A stretch of 64,000 nucleotides of DNA from IMG/VR virus record IMGVR_UViG_3300020045_010129, positions 2,688-66,687 of that record; one strand, written 5' to 3'. Positions 45,158 through 55,572 of the stretch are shown here, piece by piece. The notes under the pieces were generated by a model. That model saw only the letters and a list, made by a program, of their open reading frames with translations. It did no database searches and was not told where the DNA came from. Made by a program: the position numbers and the translations under genes. This stretch comes from a virus. Its lineage: Duplodnaviria > Caudoviricetes. Numbering within the stretch: position 1 is the first letter of the stretch; each line of letters begins with the position of its first letter.

Positions 45158-45902
45158 TTGTTCTCTGTTTTTGTTTATATTAATTGTTATTTTTATGATT
45201 CAACTTAGCTTGCTTTTTCTCATCTTTTGTAAAATAAGATTGGGCTTTTACTAAATAGTTTGTTTTATCTTCATTGAAGAAGAAGTTTCTAACTATTTTT
45301 GAACCGTCCTTTTTTCTTTCTATTTCGTGCGATACTAGTGTTTCCATTTTTATTTATTTAGTTGTTTAATTTATTCTTCAAATATACAAATTATATTTTG
45401 TAATTCCTAATTTTTCTTCTGTTTTTATTTTGTTTTCGGCGATTTTTTAAATTTATTTTTAATTCGGCGGAAAAAGAGTGAAACAGAATCTCTTAATTTC
45501 TCAAACCAAGTCCTAGTTAAAAAGTCGAGATAAAAATCAATCTCTTCCGAAGTTTCTAACACTGTAATAGTTAGACCGTCTTGTAAAAATATTGTAGTGA
45601 ATTCATCATCTGTTACCATCACTTTTATTTGGTCTTCATACACAACTATATCAGAAGTAACTTGTTCAAAATCTTCATCTTCTAATTCTACGCCATACTC
45701 TAGTTTCTTTAACTTTTGTACTAAAGAATCAGGTAATGGTATTCCTAAATCTTGATACTGTTCTTCTGTAAGCCCATTATCGCAAGTTGGTACTTGATAA
45801 GAGTCTTCTTTTTCTAATTTCTTTTCGGCGGCTTCTGTTACTACTTCGGCAATTCCCGTTAATGATAGTCTTATTCTTTTCATACTTCTTATTTCTATTC
45901 TA

Positions 45903-45933
45903 CAAATATAATACTTTATTTTGACACTTCCAA
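45903..45933 (-). promoter_or_regulatory. Host-type promoter
   Basis: TTTG-N20-TATATTTG. Confidence 0.7.
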
Positions 45934-45935
45934 AT

Positions 45936-46958
45936 TTATTTTAAGTTATTTTTTAGTTGGTAGTTAATCATCATAGCATTATTTGAAATCGCTTCTAAAT
46001 GTCCAAATTCTCTCCCATCATCTTCAAACTCTCCTTGCATAACTGCTATAATATGTCGCCACATAGCTTGTTTTAAATTTTCAATACCTTTAGGAGTCAT
46101 AGGTTTTTGCCAGTTCCACATTTCATATTTAGAATTATCTTTATTAGATTGCATTCTTTCTGCCATCTGTTTTATAAATTCAAAGTCTAGTTCGTAGAAT
46201 AGTTTTCCTTCTGTTTCTTTTTTTGCTTCTTTTTTATTTGCTTTTTCGCCGATTTTTTGATTATCGCAGTATATATTCTTTCCTCTTTTAGGTATAAATC
46301 CAAATCCTGGGACAAAATTATTTTTTTCAACAGACGAGGATTCCTGTATCTTCCTATTCCAATCTTCAATTACTTTCTGTTCTCTTTCTTCTTTAGTACT
46401 ATTAATAAAATCTATCCAGTTCAGTAACTCACTATCTTCATCGAAAGGAAATTCTACTCCCCCTACTCTTCCTCCGTTTTGTTCTTGATGTTTGTTTACT
46501 TCTTCTAACAGTTCTTGTATTTTATCTTTTTTTGGCGGAAAATTTATCTGATATAACCCTCTAATATTCCTAAAGATAGTCACTTCTTCTCCATATTTCT
46601 TTCTTAAATACTTTTCGCTGTTACATTCCACAAAACTGTTTTTTGATTCATTTGCTAAATCTATTATCATTTGTGCCTTATCTGCTTTTTTCGCGGAAAT
46701 TGGACTATCTTCTAAATTACTGTAAGTGCCTTGTGACGATTGTTTTTTACAACCTATACTTGTAATACCCATTTTCCTTAAAGCTTCTAGTTTAAACTTT
46801 TCTGCTATTTCCATTCTTTCTTTTATCGGCGAAAGATAATGAACATCTAAACCAGTTATAGAAACAGTAGTATTATAATCTACTAATTTCTCAATCTCTT
46901 CTCTTGTCTTAATTTCTCCATCAAAGAAGAATTTAAAATCTTGTCCTGTAAATATCAT
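45936..46958 (-). CDS. Protein with a C-terminal dATP/dGTP diphosphohydrolase (DUF5664-type) domain
   Basis: GKLFYEL...KYEMWNWQKPM...AMWRH...GHLEAISNNAMM. Confidence 0.7.
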   Translation of the reverse strand: MIFTGQDFKFFFDGEIKTREEIEKLVDYNTTVSITGLDVHYLSPIKERMEIAEKFKLEALRKMGITSIGCKKQSSQGTYSNLEDSPISAKKADKAQMIIDLANESKNSFVECNSEKYLRKKYGEEVTIFRNIRGLYQINFPPKKDKIQELLEEVNKHQEQNGGRVGGVEFPFDEDSELLNWIDFINSTKEEREQKVIEDWNRKIQESSSVEKNNFVPGFGFIPKRGKNIYCDNQKIGEKANKKEAKKETEGKLFYELDFEFIKQMAERMQSNKDNSKYEMWNWQKPMTPKGIENLKQAMWRHIIAVMQGEFEDDGREFGHLEAISNNAMMINYQLKNNLK

Positions 46959-46971
46959 ATTATTTATTTTG

Positions 46972-47160
46972 TTAATAGTAAAATCCGTATTCTATTCTAT
47001 CTAAACAGCTTTTAACTTGTTTTAAACCTTCTTCTGTTTCTAACATTTCTTTTGGCGGAAATTCTAAATAGCCGTTCTTCTTTTCAAGCCATATTTCAAA
47101 CTTATCCATTTCATTATTGAAAACCATTAAACCGTATTTTAATATCTGTTCTTTATTCAT
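46972..47160 (-). CDS. Stand-alone Xre/MbcA/ParS-type antitoxin C-terminal domain (DUF2384-like)
   Basis: VFNNEMDKFEIWLEKKNGYLEFPPKEMLETEEGLKQVKSCLDRIEYG matches the VFG...WL..PN.AL...P..LL.T..G...V...L.RI..G consensus. Confidence 0.7.
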   Translation of the reverse strand: MNKEQILKYGLMVFNNEMDKFEIWLEKKNGYLEFPPKEMLETEEGLKQVKSCLDRIEYGFYY

Positions 47161-47408
47161 TAGGAGTGTATATTATAGGTTGCATTGGCATTTTCATAAC
47201 TAACTCTTCTATTATTTTTTGTTGTTTTACATTTATTTCGGCGATAATAGAAATAGCAGAATATAAATCTAAACCTTTATAAATAGAATTTACTACACTA
47301 TTAAAAATAGCATTTGTATTATACAACTCTTGTCCGTTTGGGAATTTATCTATTAGTTCTTTCATACATTTTATTTATTTTTAAGTTTATTTTTCGGCGC
47401 AAAAAGTT

Positions 47409-47586
47409 AAAAAAGAGAAGAATACATCCCACGGTAGAACAGGCTTACTTCTCTCGGCTCATCAATACTATCAATGAGGGGGCATCACCGTTAAAATAGA
47501 AAGACAACATACTCTGATTTCTCATTCGTGCACCTATACGGAATAATAATCCGCTAAAGTAGTTGTTTGGGAGCAACTTTCTATTT
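47409..47586 (-). ncRNA. Candidate sRNA or structured leader between a promoter and a terminator-like hairpin
   Basis: Four hairpins; the last is GAGAAG/CUUCUC followed by U6. Confidence 0.45.
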
Positions 47587-47592
47587 CCTTTA

Positions 47593-47623
47593 CAAATATA
47601 CAACTTTTATTTTAATCTACCAA
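47593..47623 (-). promoter_or_regulatory. Host-type promoter
   Basis: TTTG-N20-TATATTTG. Confidence 0.7.
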
Positions 47624-47630
47624 ATTTATT

Positions 47631-48299
47631 TTAAACTAATCCTAAATATTCTGTTATTTCTGTAATAATTGGATTTCTATGATTTTCTTTCAATTCTATC
47701 CACCCTACTAACCCACTTTCTCTAAGCTTATTTATTGTATAATAACAAGAGTCCTTACCTATGGATTTATGAATTTGCTCTTTACTCAAAGTAAATATAA
47801 GTTTACTGTCTTTACCTAATCTTGTCAGCATTTCAGTGAATTCAGCAGTTGTTAAATCAGTTGCTTCGTCGCATATGCAAATAGCTTTTGAGAAAGTATT
47901 TCCTTTTACTTTTCCGTTGTATTGGACTTTAATTAAATCATCCTTTATCATTTTTTCTGTGGCGGTTTTTGACTGACACTTATTGAAATTATCCAAGATA
48001 GGTTGCATTTCTAAATAAAGTTTGTCCAAAATCCCACCAGGAAGTGCTCCCAACTTATCAGCAATAAAAGGACGAGTAATAATAATTTCATCAAACTCTT
48101 TTTTTCTAAAGCACTTTAAAGCCGTAGCTACACTTGAAATTGTTTTTCCCGTTCCCCATAAACCTTCAACAAACACTACATCATATTGATAAATTAACCT
48201 AGTAACTTCTTTTTGTTCTTCGTTTAAAGTTATATTTAATTTAGGCTCTGTCTTTAATACTCTTTTCTCTGTATTTTCTTTTTTCGGCGAATTTATCAT
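47631..48299 (-). CDS. phoH: PhoH-like ATPase (divergent)
   Basis: LNEEQ, GLWGTGKT, IIITRP, ICDEA, LTRLGKDSK, HRNPII. Confidence 0.8.
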   Translation of the reverse strand: MINSPKKENTEKRVLKTEPKLNITLNEEQKEVTRLIYQYDVVFVEGLWGTGKTISSVATALKCFRKKEFDEIIITRPFIADKLGALPGGILDKLYLEMQPILDNFNKCQSKTATEKMIKDDLIKVQYNGKVKGNTFSKAICICDEATDLTTAEFTEMLTRLGKDSKLIFTLSKEQIHKSIGKDSCYYTINKLRESGLVGWIELKENHRNPIITEITEYLGLV

Positions 48300-48454
48300 A
48301 TTTATTTTGGTTTATTATTGAGATGCTAATGTATAACTTTAATTTTTAATATACAAATTTTTTGTAACTTTTTTAGTAATTATAGCTAATTTTATATGTT
48401 TTTGAAGCATAAAGGTTACTTTTTATTTTAAATCTTTTTTTGCTGAAATTTTAC

Positions 48455-49201
48455 TTAATCAGTTATTTCAACTTTATAGTTGTAAAGTGCTTGATAAACT
48501 TCAGGGTCAATTAAATCTCTAAACTCATTAATAACATCTTTAATGTGCTCTTCTTTTAGTCTTTTGTATAGTTCAAAAGCTTCTACTACTGTTTTAAAAT
48601 TTCTTTTTCCTTTTTTATTTTTAGGTAATTCCGCAACATAGGTGTTATCCCTACTGTTATAAGATACTCCCAATGGGTACTCACCTCTACCATTATCTCT
48701 TTTTATAAGTAAGCTGTTAATCCTTTGTGGGACGAGGCAACAAGTTTCAGGTGAGTAAATTTTATTACCTTTGAAAAGGATGTCTTTGTCTAGAGCTAAA
48801 ACCATCGTAAAGATTTTACGCTTCTTGTTATACCATTCAGCAAATACTTGGAAGTTGTGCCAACATTCATCCACAACGCAGTCTTTGTAAGTTGGCTGTT
48901 TTTCTTGAAATTTTTTATCATAGCACCTTCTAAGCATCCCTTTCCATTTATCATATAAAACTCTATCATCACTGACATTATATGTACCCATTCCTATGTA
49001 ACCAACACCGTAAACCGTTTTTTGATTAGGGTGTTTAAAATTTCTACTTTTAAGACTTATCATTGTTGTTTTTATAATATATCCATAGTCAAACTTTATT
49101 GTGATGTTTTTACACGTGTCATATTCAATAATTTTTACATTACTTCCATCTAGTAGTGTATATTTTTTATTTAGATAATCTTCTTTTTTAGATGCGCTCA
49201 T
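48455..49201 (-). CDS. Free-standing HNH-type homing endonuclease-like protein; paralog of 5654..6358
   Basis: WKGMLRRCY, WHNFQVFAEWY, LDKDILFKGNKIYSPETCCLVP, C-terminal YNYKVEITD. Confidence 0.7.
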   Translation of the reverse strand: MSASKKEDYLNKKYTLLDGSNVKIIEYDTCKNITIKFDYGYIIKTTMISLKSRNFKHPNQKTVYGVGYIGMGTYNVSDDRVLYDKWKGMLRRCYDKKFQEKQPTYKDCVVDECWHNFQVFAEWYNKKRKIFTMVLALDKDILFKGNKIYSPETCCLVPQRINSLLIKRDNGRGEYPLGVSYNSRDNTYVAELPKNKKGKRNFKTVVEAFELYKRLKEEHIKDVINEFRDLIDPEVYQALYNYKVEITD

Positions 49202-49638
49202 TCTTCAAAATCTTGTTTAAATATTTTACCTAAAACATTTCCATTATAGCAATTATCCTGACCAAAACAATCACATAAAATGTATTTAGTTTCCCAAGCC
49301 GTCATTTGTTTTCTTTGTCGGCAAAATCTAAGAATTACTTTTCTAATTTTATCTCCCTCTTTAATATGTTTATTAAGCTCCTGACAACTACCCGTATAAT
49401 TCAGCCACGTTGTATTTGACTTTGTAATTTTGAAGGTTTTTCTTTTGTTTTCGGGTAGTAATTTTTCAGTAGGTGTCAACTTCTTTTTAGAATAGCTATA
49501 GAAAGATTTTCGACCAATATAAAACATATCTTTAGTGTCGTTATAAACAACATAAATAAATCCTTCGTGCCCATCCAATGGTTCTGTGACTATTTCTCCG
49601 TTGTAAGTCCAATTTACTGTTTGTCTTTTTATTGCCAT
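49198..49638 (-). CDS. GIY-YIG family endonuclease (Seg-like)
   Basis: GFIYVV...FYIGRK...NYTGS...E...YNGN. Confidence 0.65.
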   Translation of the reverse strand: MAIKRQTVNWTYNGEIVTEPLDGHEGFIYVVYNDTKDMFYIGRKSFYSYSKKKLTPTEKLLPENKRKTFKITKSNTTWLNYTGSCQELNKHIKEGDKIRKVILRFCRQRKQMTAWETKYILCDCFGQDNCYNGNVLGKIFKQDFEE

Positions 49639-50246
49639 TTTTCGTTATATTGTTCTATATTGTAACTCCAACCATATTTAGGTAAGTTTCTTTCATATAC
49701 AAATATTACTCCTCTTCCTAAATCAAAGATATATCTGTTGTAAAACCAATCGCCTCCTTTTAGTTTTCTATACCAAGTGAAATTATTCATTAATCTTTCC
49801 ATATCTTTTCTCGTATTCTCCTTCTGTGTAAATTGTGAATTTTAAATCATTTATTTTATATTCTTTTTCGCCGAAAAAAGAAATAAAAAAGCTATTCTTC
49901 TGCTAATATAAATTCTAATTTACGTATAGCTTCAACTTCATTTTTACCCTCAATACTAACTTCACAGTTTAAAGGTGTGTCTAAAACCGTTCTTGCTATC
50001 CAAAGATTATCTCTTATTTGCTCTGTTGTTATTTTGCTGTATTTCATCATTTTTCTTTTGCGGAAATTCTACTAAATAATTGTTCTGCTCTCTTAATACT
50101 ATCATATCTAGAAGTCATCATATAATCTATCAGTTCTTCAATAGCATTTAATTCATCTCTAGTTAAATCATTTCTAAATATTTTAGTTTCAAATAATGTA
50201 TCAACTATTGATTTAGCGTCTTGTTTGAATATTTTGTTTGTTTCCA

Positions 50247-50675
50247 TTATTTTAGTCGGTCTTTAATTTCGTTTATATAACTATTGATGTCCTCTCTAGT
50301 ATCACTTAAATTTGTCAAAGACTCTTTATAAAATCCTCGTTGTTCAACAAACTCTCGATATTCTTTACTGCCACTCGCTAACTTTTCTGCATTCGTAATA
50401 GTAGGTAATTTTACTTCTTCGTCGCCTGTTGGATATTCTCCTCTTGTCATAGCTACAGCAATCCTGAACTTAATGGCTGTGGCGGCTTTGTCGTCGCGGC
50501 GAGTCCATTCGTGAGTATATTTTACTCGCCAATATTTCAAATCTGCTTTAACATCAATAAACCTACCTTGAAATTCAATTAAACTGTCTTTAGTTAAACT
50601 TCCGCTTCTAGTAGTATTTCTGAAAGACTTTCTTAATTCTTCATATTCTGTAAGTATTTCTTCTAATGGTCTCAT
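50247..50675 (-). CDS. Helical protein, possible UvsY-like recombination mediator
   Basis: 142 aa, helical, translationally coupled to the recombinase; assignment mainly from size and position. Confidence 0.3.
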   Translation of the reverse strand: MRPLEEILTEYEELRKSFRNTTRSGSLTKDSLIEFQGRFIDVKADLKYWRVKYTHEWTRRDDKAATAIKFRIAVAMTRGEYPTGDEEVKLPTITNAEKLASGSKEYREFVEQRGFYKESLTNLSDTREDINSYINEIKDRLK

Positions 50676-51646
50676 ACTAATTGTTGTTTTAAGAATTCAA
50701 AATCTTCGGGATTTTCTTTAAGGTGTTCAATAAATTTTGTTAACCCGTTTACTTTTATTTCTTCCGCGTCTTTATTTGGAAATGAAATCCAAGCTCCACC
50801 TGATTTTACAATTTCGGTTTCTATTAAAACCTGTGCAACTTCATCGACTTGATTAAATCCACCCTCATTATAAAAGTTTACAGTGTATGCAACAGATTTA
50901 TCATAATAGTTGTTTTTGGTCTTATTAATTCTTACATCAATTTTATGCCCAATAACATTTTTATCTTTATCTTTTATAATTTCTTTTTTAATCATATCTA
51001 ACGTTGTATTAGACATCGTTTTCTGCCATTCTCCGCGCTGAAGTACTCTAGGGTCTCCCATAGCACCAGGGTTTAATTTATAGCTCGTTAAACCGATTAA
51101 ACAGATGTCTCTATTAGAAGCATATCCCTCGATGATTGGCATTCGGCACGTAAACCGCTTGGCTTCGTTTCCAATTGAATTTTCATTAGCTGATTTAGCT
51201 TCAATTGCTGTCGCTGTAAAAATAGGAATAGAGTCAAAAATAATAATTCCTACATCCTCAGATTGGGCAAACAATTCTGCTTCATCTAGCATTTCTTCAA
51301 GATTTCTTATTTTTCTGTGGATGAATTTATCTTTATTTAAACCCATTCTAGTGAAGTAACTTTCACTCAAGGTTTTTTCGGCATCAAAATACACAGCAAT
51401 TTTACCCCTTTTTTCAATAACATCTTTACAAGCTAAAAGAGATATAGAACTTTTACCAACTCCGCCCGAAGCAATTAATAAATTAAATCCTCCGTTCATA
51501 AAGCCTCCACCCGTTAAATAATCTAAATATGGACTTCCTGTTGAAGTAGTTGTTCTGATAATCTCATTCTTTCCTAAGATTCCTGCTTTATCTTCATCTT
51601 TCTTATCTTTGTTTAATTTTTTTAAAGTCTCTTCAATTGATGCCAT
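50672..51646 (-). CDS. recA: RecA/UvsX-like recombinase
   Basis: STGSPYLDYLTGGG, Walker A GGVGKSS, YFDAEK, Walker B IIIFDSI, KTKN. Confidence 0.9.
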   Translation of the reverse strand: MASIEETLKKLNKDKKDEDKAGILGKNEIIRTTTSTGSPYLDYLTGGGFMNGGFNLLIASGGVGKSSISLLACKDVIEKRGKIAVYFDAEKTLSESYFTRMGLNKDKFIHRKIRNLEEMLDEAELFAQSEDVGIIIFDSIPIFTATAIEAKSANENSIGNEAKRFTCRMPIIEGYASNRDICLIGLTSYKLNPGAMGDPRVLQRGEWQKTMSNTTLDMIKKEIIKDKDKNVIGHKIDVRINKTKNNYYDKSVAYTVNFYNEGGFNQVDEVAQVLIETEIVKSGGAWISFPNKDAEEIKVNGLTKFIEHLKENPEDFEFLKQQLV

Positions 51647-51647
51647 A

Positions 51648-52022
51648 TTATTCGTATTTATCTCTATGTTTATAATTAATCTTTTCTGTTATTTGTTCTT
51701 CTAGTTGTTTAAATACCTCTTGTACTTTTGGAAATATTTTCATTTGTTTAATTTTTTCTTGTGCCGAATTGTCAAAATTATTATGACATTGGTTTGAACT
51801 ATACATCCCGCAAAGATATAAAACATTCAAATCATTACACATTACAGATTTAAAATACTGCTTAGGTACTATGTGAGCAATTTCTGAAACATTTCCCGTT
51901 AATCTTGCCCCACATTCTTCACAATACATTCCTTTTGCAATCTCAATATGTCTTTGGAAAAATTCAGGTAGACAAGCTCTTTCCTCTTTACGTTTTTCTA
52001 ATCCTTTCTTTGAATATTTCAT
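51648..52022 (-). CDS. Small HNH nuclease (possibly recombination-associated)
   Basis: CEECG...AHIVPK...NVLYLC...CHNNFD. Confidence 0.65.
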   Translation of the reverse strand: MKYSKKGLEKRKEERACLPEFFQRHIEIAKGMYCEECGARLTGNVSEIAHIVPKQYFKSVMCNDLNVLYLCGMYSSNQCHNNFDNSAQEKIKQMKIFPKVQEVFKQLEEQITEKINYKHRDKYE

Positions 52023-52236
52023 CTATAAATTGGTAAAATTCCTGTATCTTTTATTAGATTAAACAGATTATTTATAATTATATTTTCTTCAACTCTAGAA
52101 TTTGCATATTCACAAGCTTTATTTAACTTTTGTTCAAAGGATAATGTTTTACTTTTGAATATTGTTTTATAGTATTTTGAATCTTTATCTTTCATTCTAC
52201 AAATATAAGTGTTTTATTTTTAATTTCCTACTGTTT

Positions 52237-55200
52237 TTAAATCTTTTTTGCGGAAATTTTACTATTTAATTCTTTTATCAACTCTTTATCAAAAACTTCC
52301 AAGGCAGGGTTATAGTCTAAATAACAATATCCGTGACAAGTTGATTGAAATTTTCCTTTATTTGTTTGAATTATTTTTATGTGCCCGAAAGGAGGTAATT
52401 CTTCAATACTTTCTATAATTAATTCTAAATCGTTACAAAAGTAAGTGTTACCATTACACAGTAAACTTTTACATTTTTGACATCTTTTCATTTTTGCCGA
52501 AAAAAATTAAGAAAACAATTCTCTAACTGCTCTTCCAAGTTCAATATCATTAGGAATAGATTTCACTAAAGCTGTTATTTCCGTTATGTTATTATACTGA
52601 TGCAACAATGGATTAATTTGTATACCAAAAGAATCTTTTACAGTTTCTATTTCGAGAACAGTTCTATTGGAAAATCCTAGTTCTTTACACCTTTCAATCG
52701 TAAGTTCTAAAAGCTCTCCTATTGTTTCAATCCTCGCTTGTTTTAAGCTATTTAAAGCTCTTACAGATATGTCTAACTCTTCTATTGAGTAAGTTATTAT
52801 TTTATCTTGTATCATTCTCGTCCTATTATTTGATTTAAAATTTCATCTTGTTCAGGAATATCATAATCTATATTTTCTCCTGTTTCTACAATTTTTATTT
52901 CCTGTCTCATTTCTTTTTCGGCGATTTTATCACACAGTTTTTTCTTATCAACACCTACGCAATAGTGACAAGTACATTTATACCGAGCTTCTTTTTTCTT
53001 TAAGCTTTCCTTATATGTTTTACCGTTTCTGTCTTTTCTGTATGTATTACTCATCTTCTACCCAAATATGTAAATCTTCTTCTAATAAATTCTTTCCGTT
53101 GTAAGCAGGATTGTTTATAGTTTTCCACTTTTTCCCGCATCGTTTGCACAAACATTTACTTGGCATCCAAGTAAAATTATAAGAATATTTATGCCCTATT
53201 ATTTTACAAATTAGTTTTTCCATATCTAATAATGATTGTAAATTAGTATCACATCATTTGCATCCTTACCTATTCCCCAAGACGGAATAAATTCATCAAC
53301 TGTATTTTCTAAAACACTGCTATTTTTATAAGTCTGCCATCCGTGATTAATAAAGTATTTATCTTCTACTCTTTCCGCAACTACTGGAGCATCTTCTGAT
53401 AGAGTTTCTCTATATTTATCAACAAACTTAATTAAGTCTTTAAACTTTAAGTAATGGTCTATGTTTTGTAAATCTTCTTTTTTCATTTTATCATCTTTTT
53501 TGCACGGAAATATTTATAAACGTGGTCGTATTCAGACTGTTCAAATAAGCCTCCAGCACATAATATTAATTCTCCATCAATTACTCTCCAATGTTTTCCA
53601 CAAAACCAGCAACTATTACTGTCTGTTTTGAAAGGTTTAATTACTTCTTTGCATAAATCTTTACTCATAGTTTTTCTTTTTTTGCGCGAAATAAAAATTA
53701 AAGAAGAGACTGTAAATCCTGTATCATAATCTGACGCATTTCATATTCAACTTCATAGCGTATCTTACTCTCTTTTAAAGCATCTAATTCTTTATAGTCT
53801 AACTTACTCTCTTCTATTTGTGATAGTTCTTCGAGAAGATATTTTACTTCTGTTTTTGCCGTTTTTTGTTGGAGTATTAGCTCCTGTATCTTTTCTTTCA
53901 TTTGTTTTTTGCGGATTTTAAGTTTTCAAAAGCCTCTTCAAAAGCCTCATTAAACTGTTCTTCTGTTGTTAAGTTTTTAAGTTGGTAATCCTCGATATAT
54001 AAAGGACTGTTGTATAACTCAATTTTAAAACCGAAGTAAGAATGTTCTATATTAATTTGAGTTTTACCATCCCATTTTATATATTGGTCATTACAACCCT
54101 CATCTTGATAGTACAAATATATTGGTAAATCAATATCAGTTTCTTTTTCTGTTACAATTCTTTCTGTTGTTTTTAGTTTCATATTTTTTGGTTTTTAAAA
54201 TATATTCTTTCAGGATAATAACCAAACACTAATAACGTAACAGCGCAAAGCCATAAATGATTCTTATTTAAGTATTCTGTCTCAAACTCAATATCCGAAG
54301 ACATAACCTCATAAGTTGCACCATTTAAAAATCCTAATTTAACCCTTCTTTCAAGCCTATCAGAATATTTAAATCCAAACTTACTTGTAGATATATTTAA
54401 TACAACTTCTTCTGTGTTATTAGATAAACTATCCAACATTTTATCAGCTCCACAAACCATAGCTAAATGCCCTCTATTAAAAGGAAACCATTTTAAGTCT
54501 ATAAACCAACCGTATTCGTCTTTGTAAAATCTGTATGTGCTCATAATCTATTCTTCTTCGTTAATGAAAAATCCACACTCAACATATTTTTTATGGTAAT
54601 GCGAAAGATAAAGTACTGTTTGTCCGTCAGTAAAAAGATTTCTCGGTTTCTTTAACTTTGCGCTACGTTTGATAATTCCTTGTCTGAATAGTAAATCAAA
54701 CTGTTCGAAAGTCATATGTTCAAATGAATCGCTGTTTCTTACTCTGGCTACTTCGGCGATTTGCTCCTCTGTATATTCGTAAGAGATTAATCTTTCTTTA
54801 TACTCTTCCCAACTCTGTTTAAACTCGTTTTCCATATTTTATTTTTCTGTTTTTATTTGTTTTTTGGCGCGAAAAAAGATTAAAAAGAAATTATTTAAAA
54901 TTTTTACCAAAAAATAATATCCTTCTATCTAACTGCTTTTTATACTCCCAATCTTTTACTTCTTCTGCTAAAAGCCTAACATTATCAGAAACAGAAAATC
55001 TTGTTGTTAAAAGTCCGTCTTTGAAAGTGTAAGCGAATATATTCTCGTCTTCTACTGTTTCGAAGAATATATCTAGTCCTAATGTGAAAAATTGTTTCAT
55101 TACATTTACCGTGTTTTAAGTTTTTTAATTATAACTTTATATTACTGATTCAAAGCGTTTAATCAACTCTTTATCTTCATCTGTAAGTTTTCTAGACTTG

Positions 55201-55521
55201 TATCTTTCATAAATACCTGTAAGTTGCTCTTTAAATTCCTCTCCTCCTGGAGCGCACTCATTTTCAGATACGTGTTTTAGATATTTTTTCAATCGGTATA
55301 TCATATTATTTTAAGTTTATTAAATATTTTATATCCTCCCAATCATCTAAATACAAATCTCTTTGTATGTCGATTATAACAGTTCCTTCGTCTTGAAACA
55401 TTAATTGCACTTGAGCATCTATTAAAGCGTTAGCGTGCTTCTTAGCTTCGTCTTTATCTTCTACTGATGTAGTGTCAAAATAACTGTTGTATATTTTATC
55501 CGCTATTTCTTGATTTGTCAT
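52237..55521 (-). other. Array of small hypothetical CDSs
   Basis: Co-oriented packed ORFs of 60-120 aa. Confidence 0.65.
52507..52815 (-). CDS. Stand-alone RNA polymerase alpha-subunit C-terminal-domain homolog
   Basis: SIEELDISVRALNSLKQARIETIGELL aligns with alpha-CTD (I/V)(E/D)(E/D)L(E/D)L(S/T)VR..N.LK...I..IG(D/E)L. Confidence 0.8.
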   Translation of the reverse strand: MIQDKIITYSIEELDISVRALNSLKQARIETIGELLELTIERCKELGFSNRTVLEIETVKDSFGIQINPLLHQYNNITEITALVKSIPNDIELGRAVRELFS

Positions 55522-55541
55522 AGTTGTATTGTATTAATAGT

Positions 55542-55572
55542 CAAAGATACTGCTTTATTTTGAACTGTGCAA
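55542..55572 (-). promoter_or_regulatory. Host-type promoter
   Basis: TTG-N20-TATCTTTG. Confidence 0.65.
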
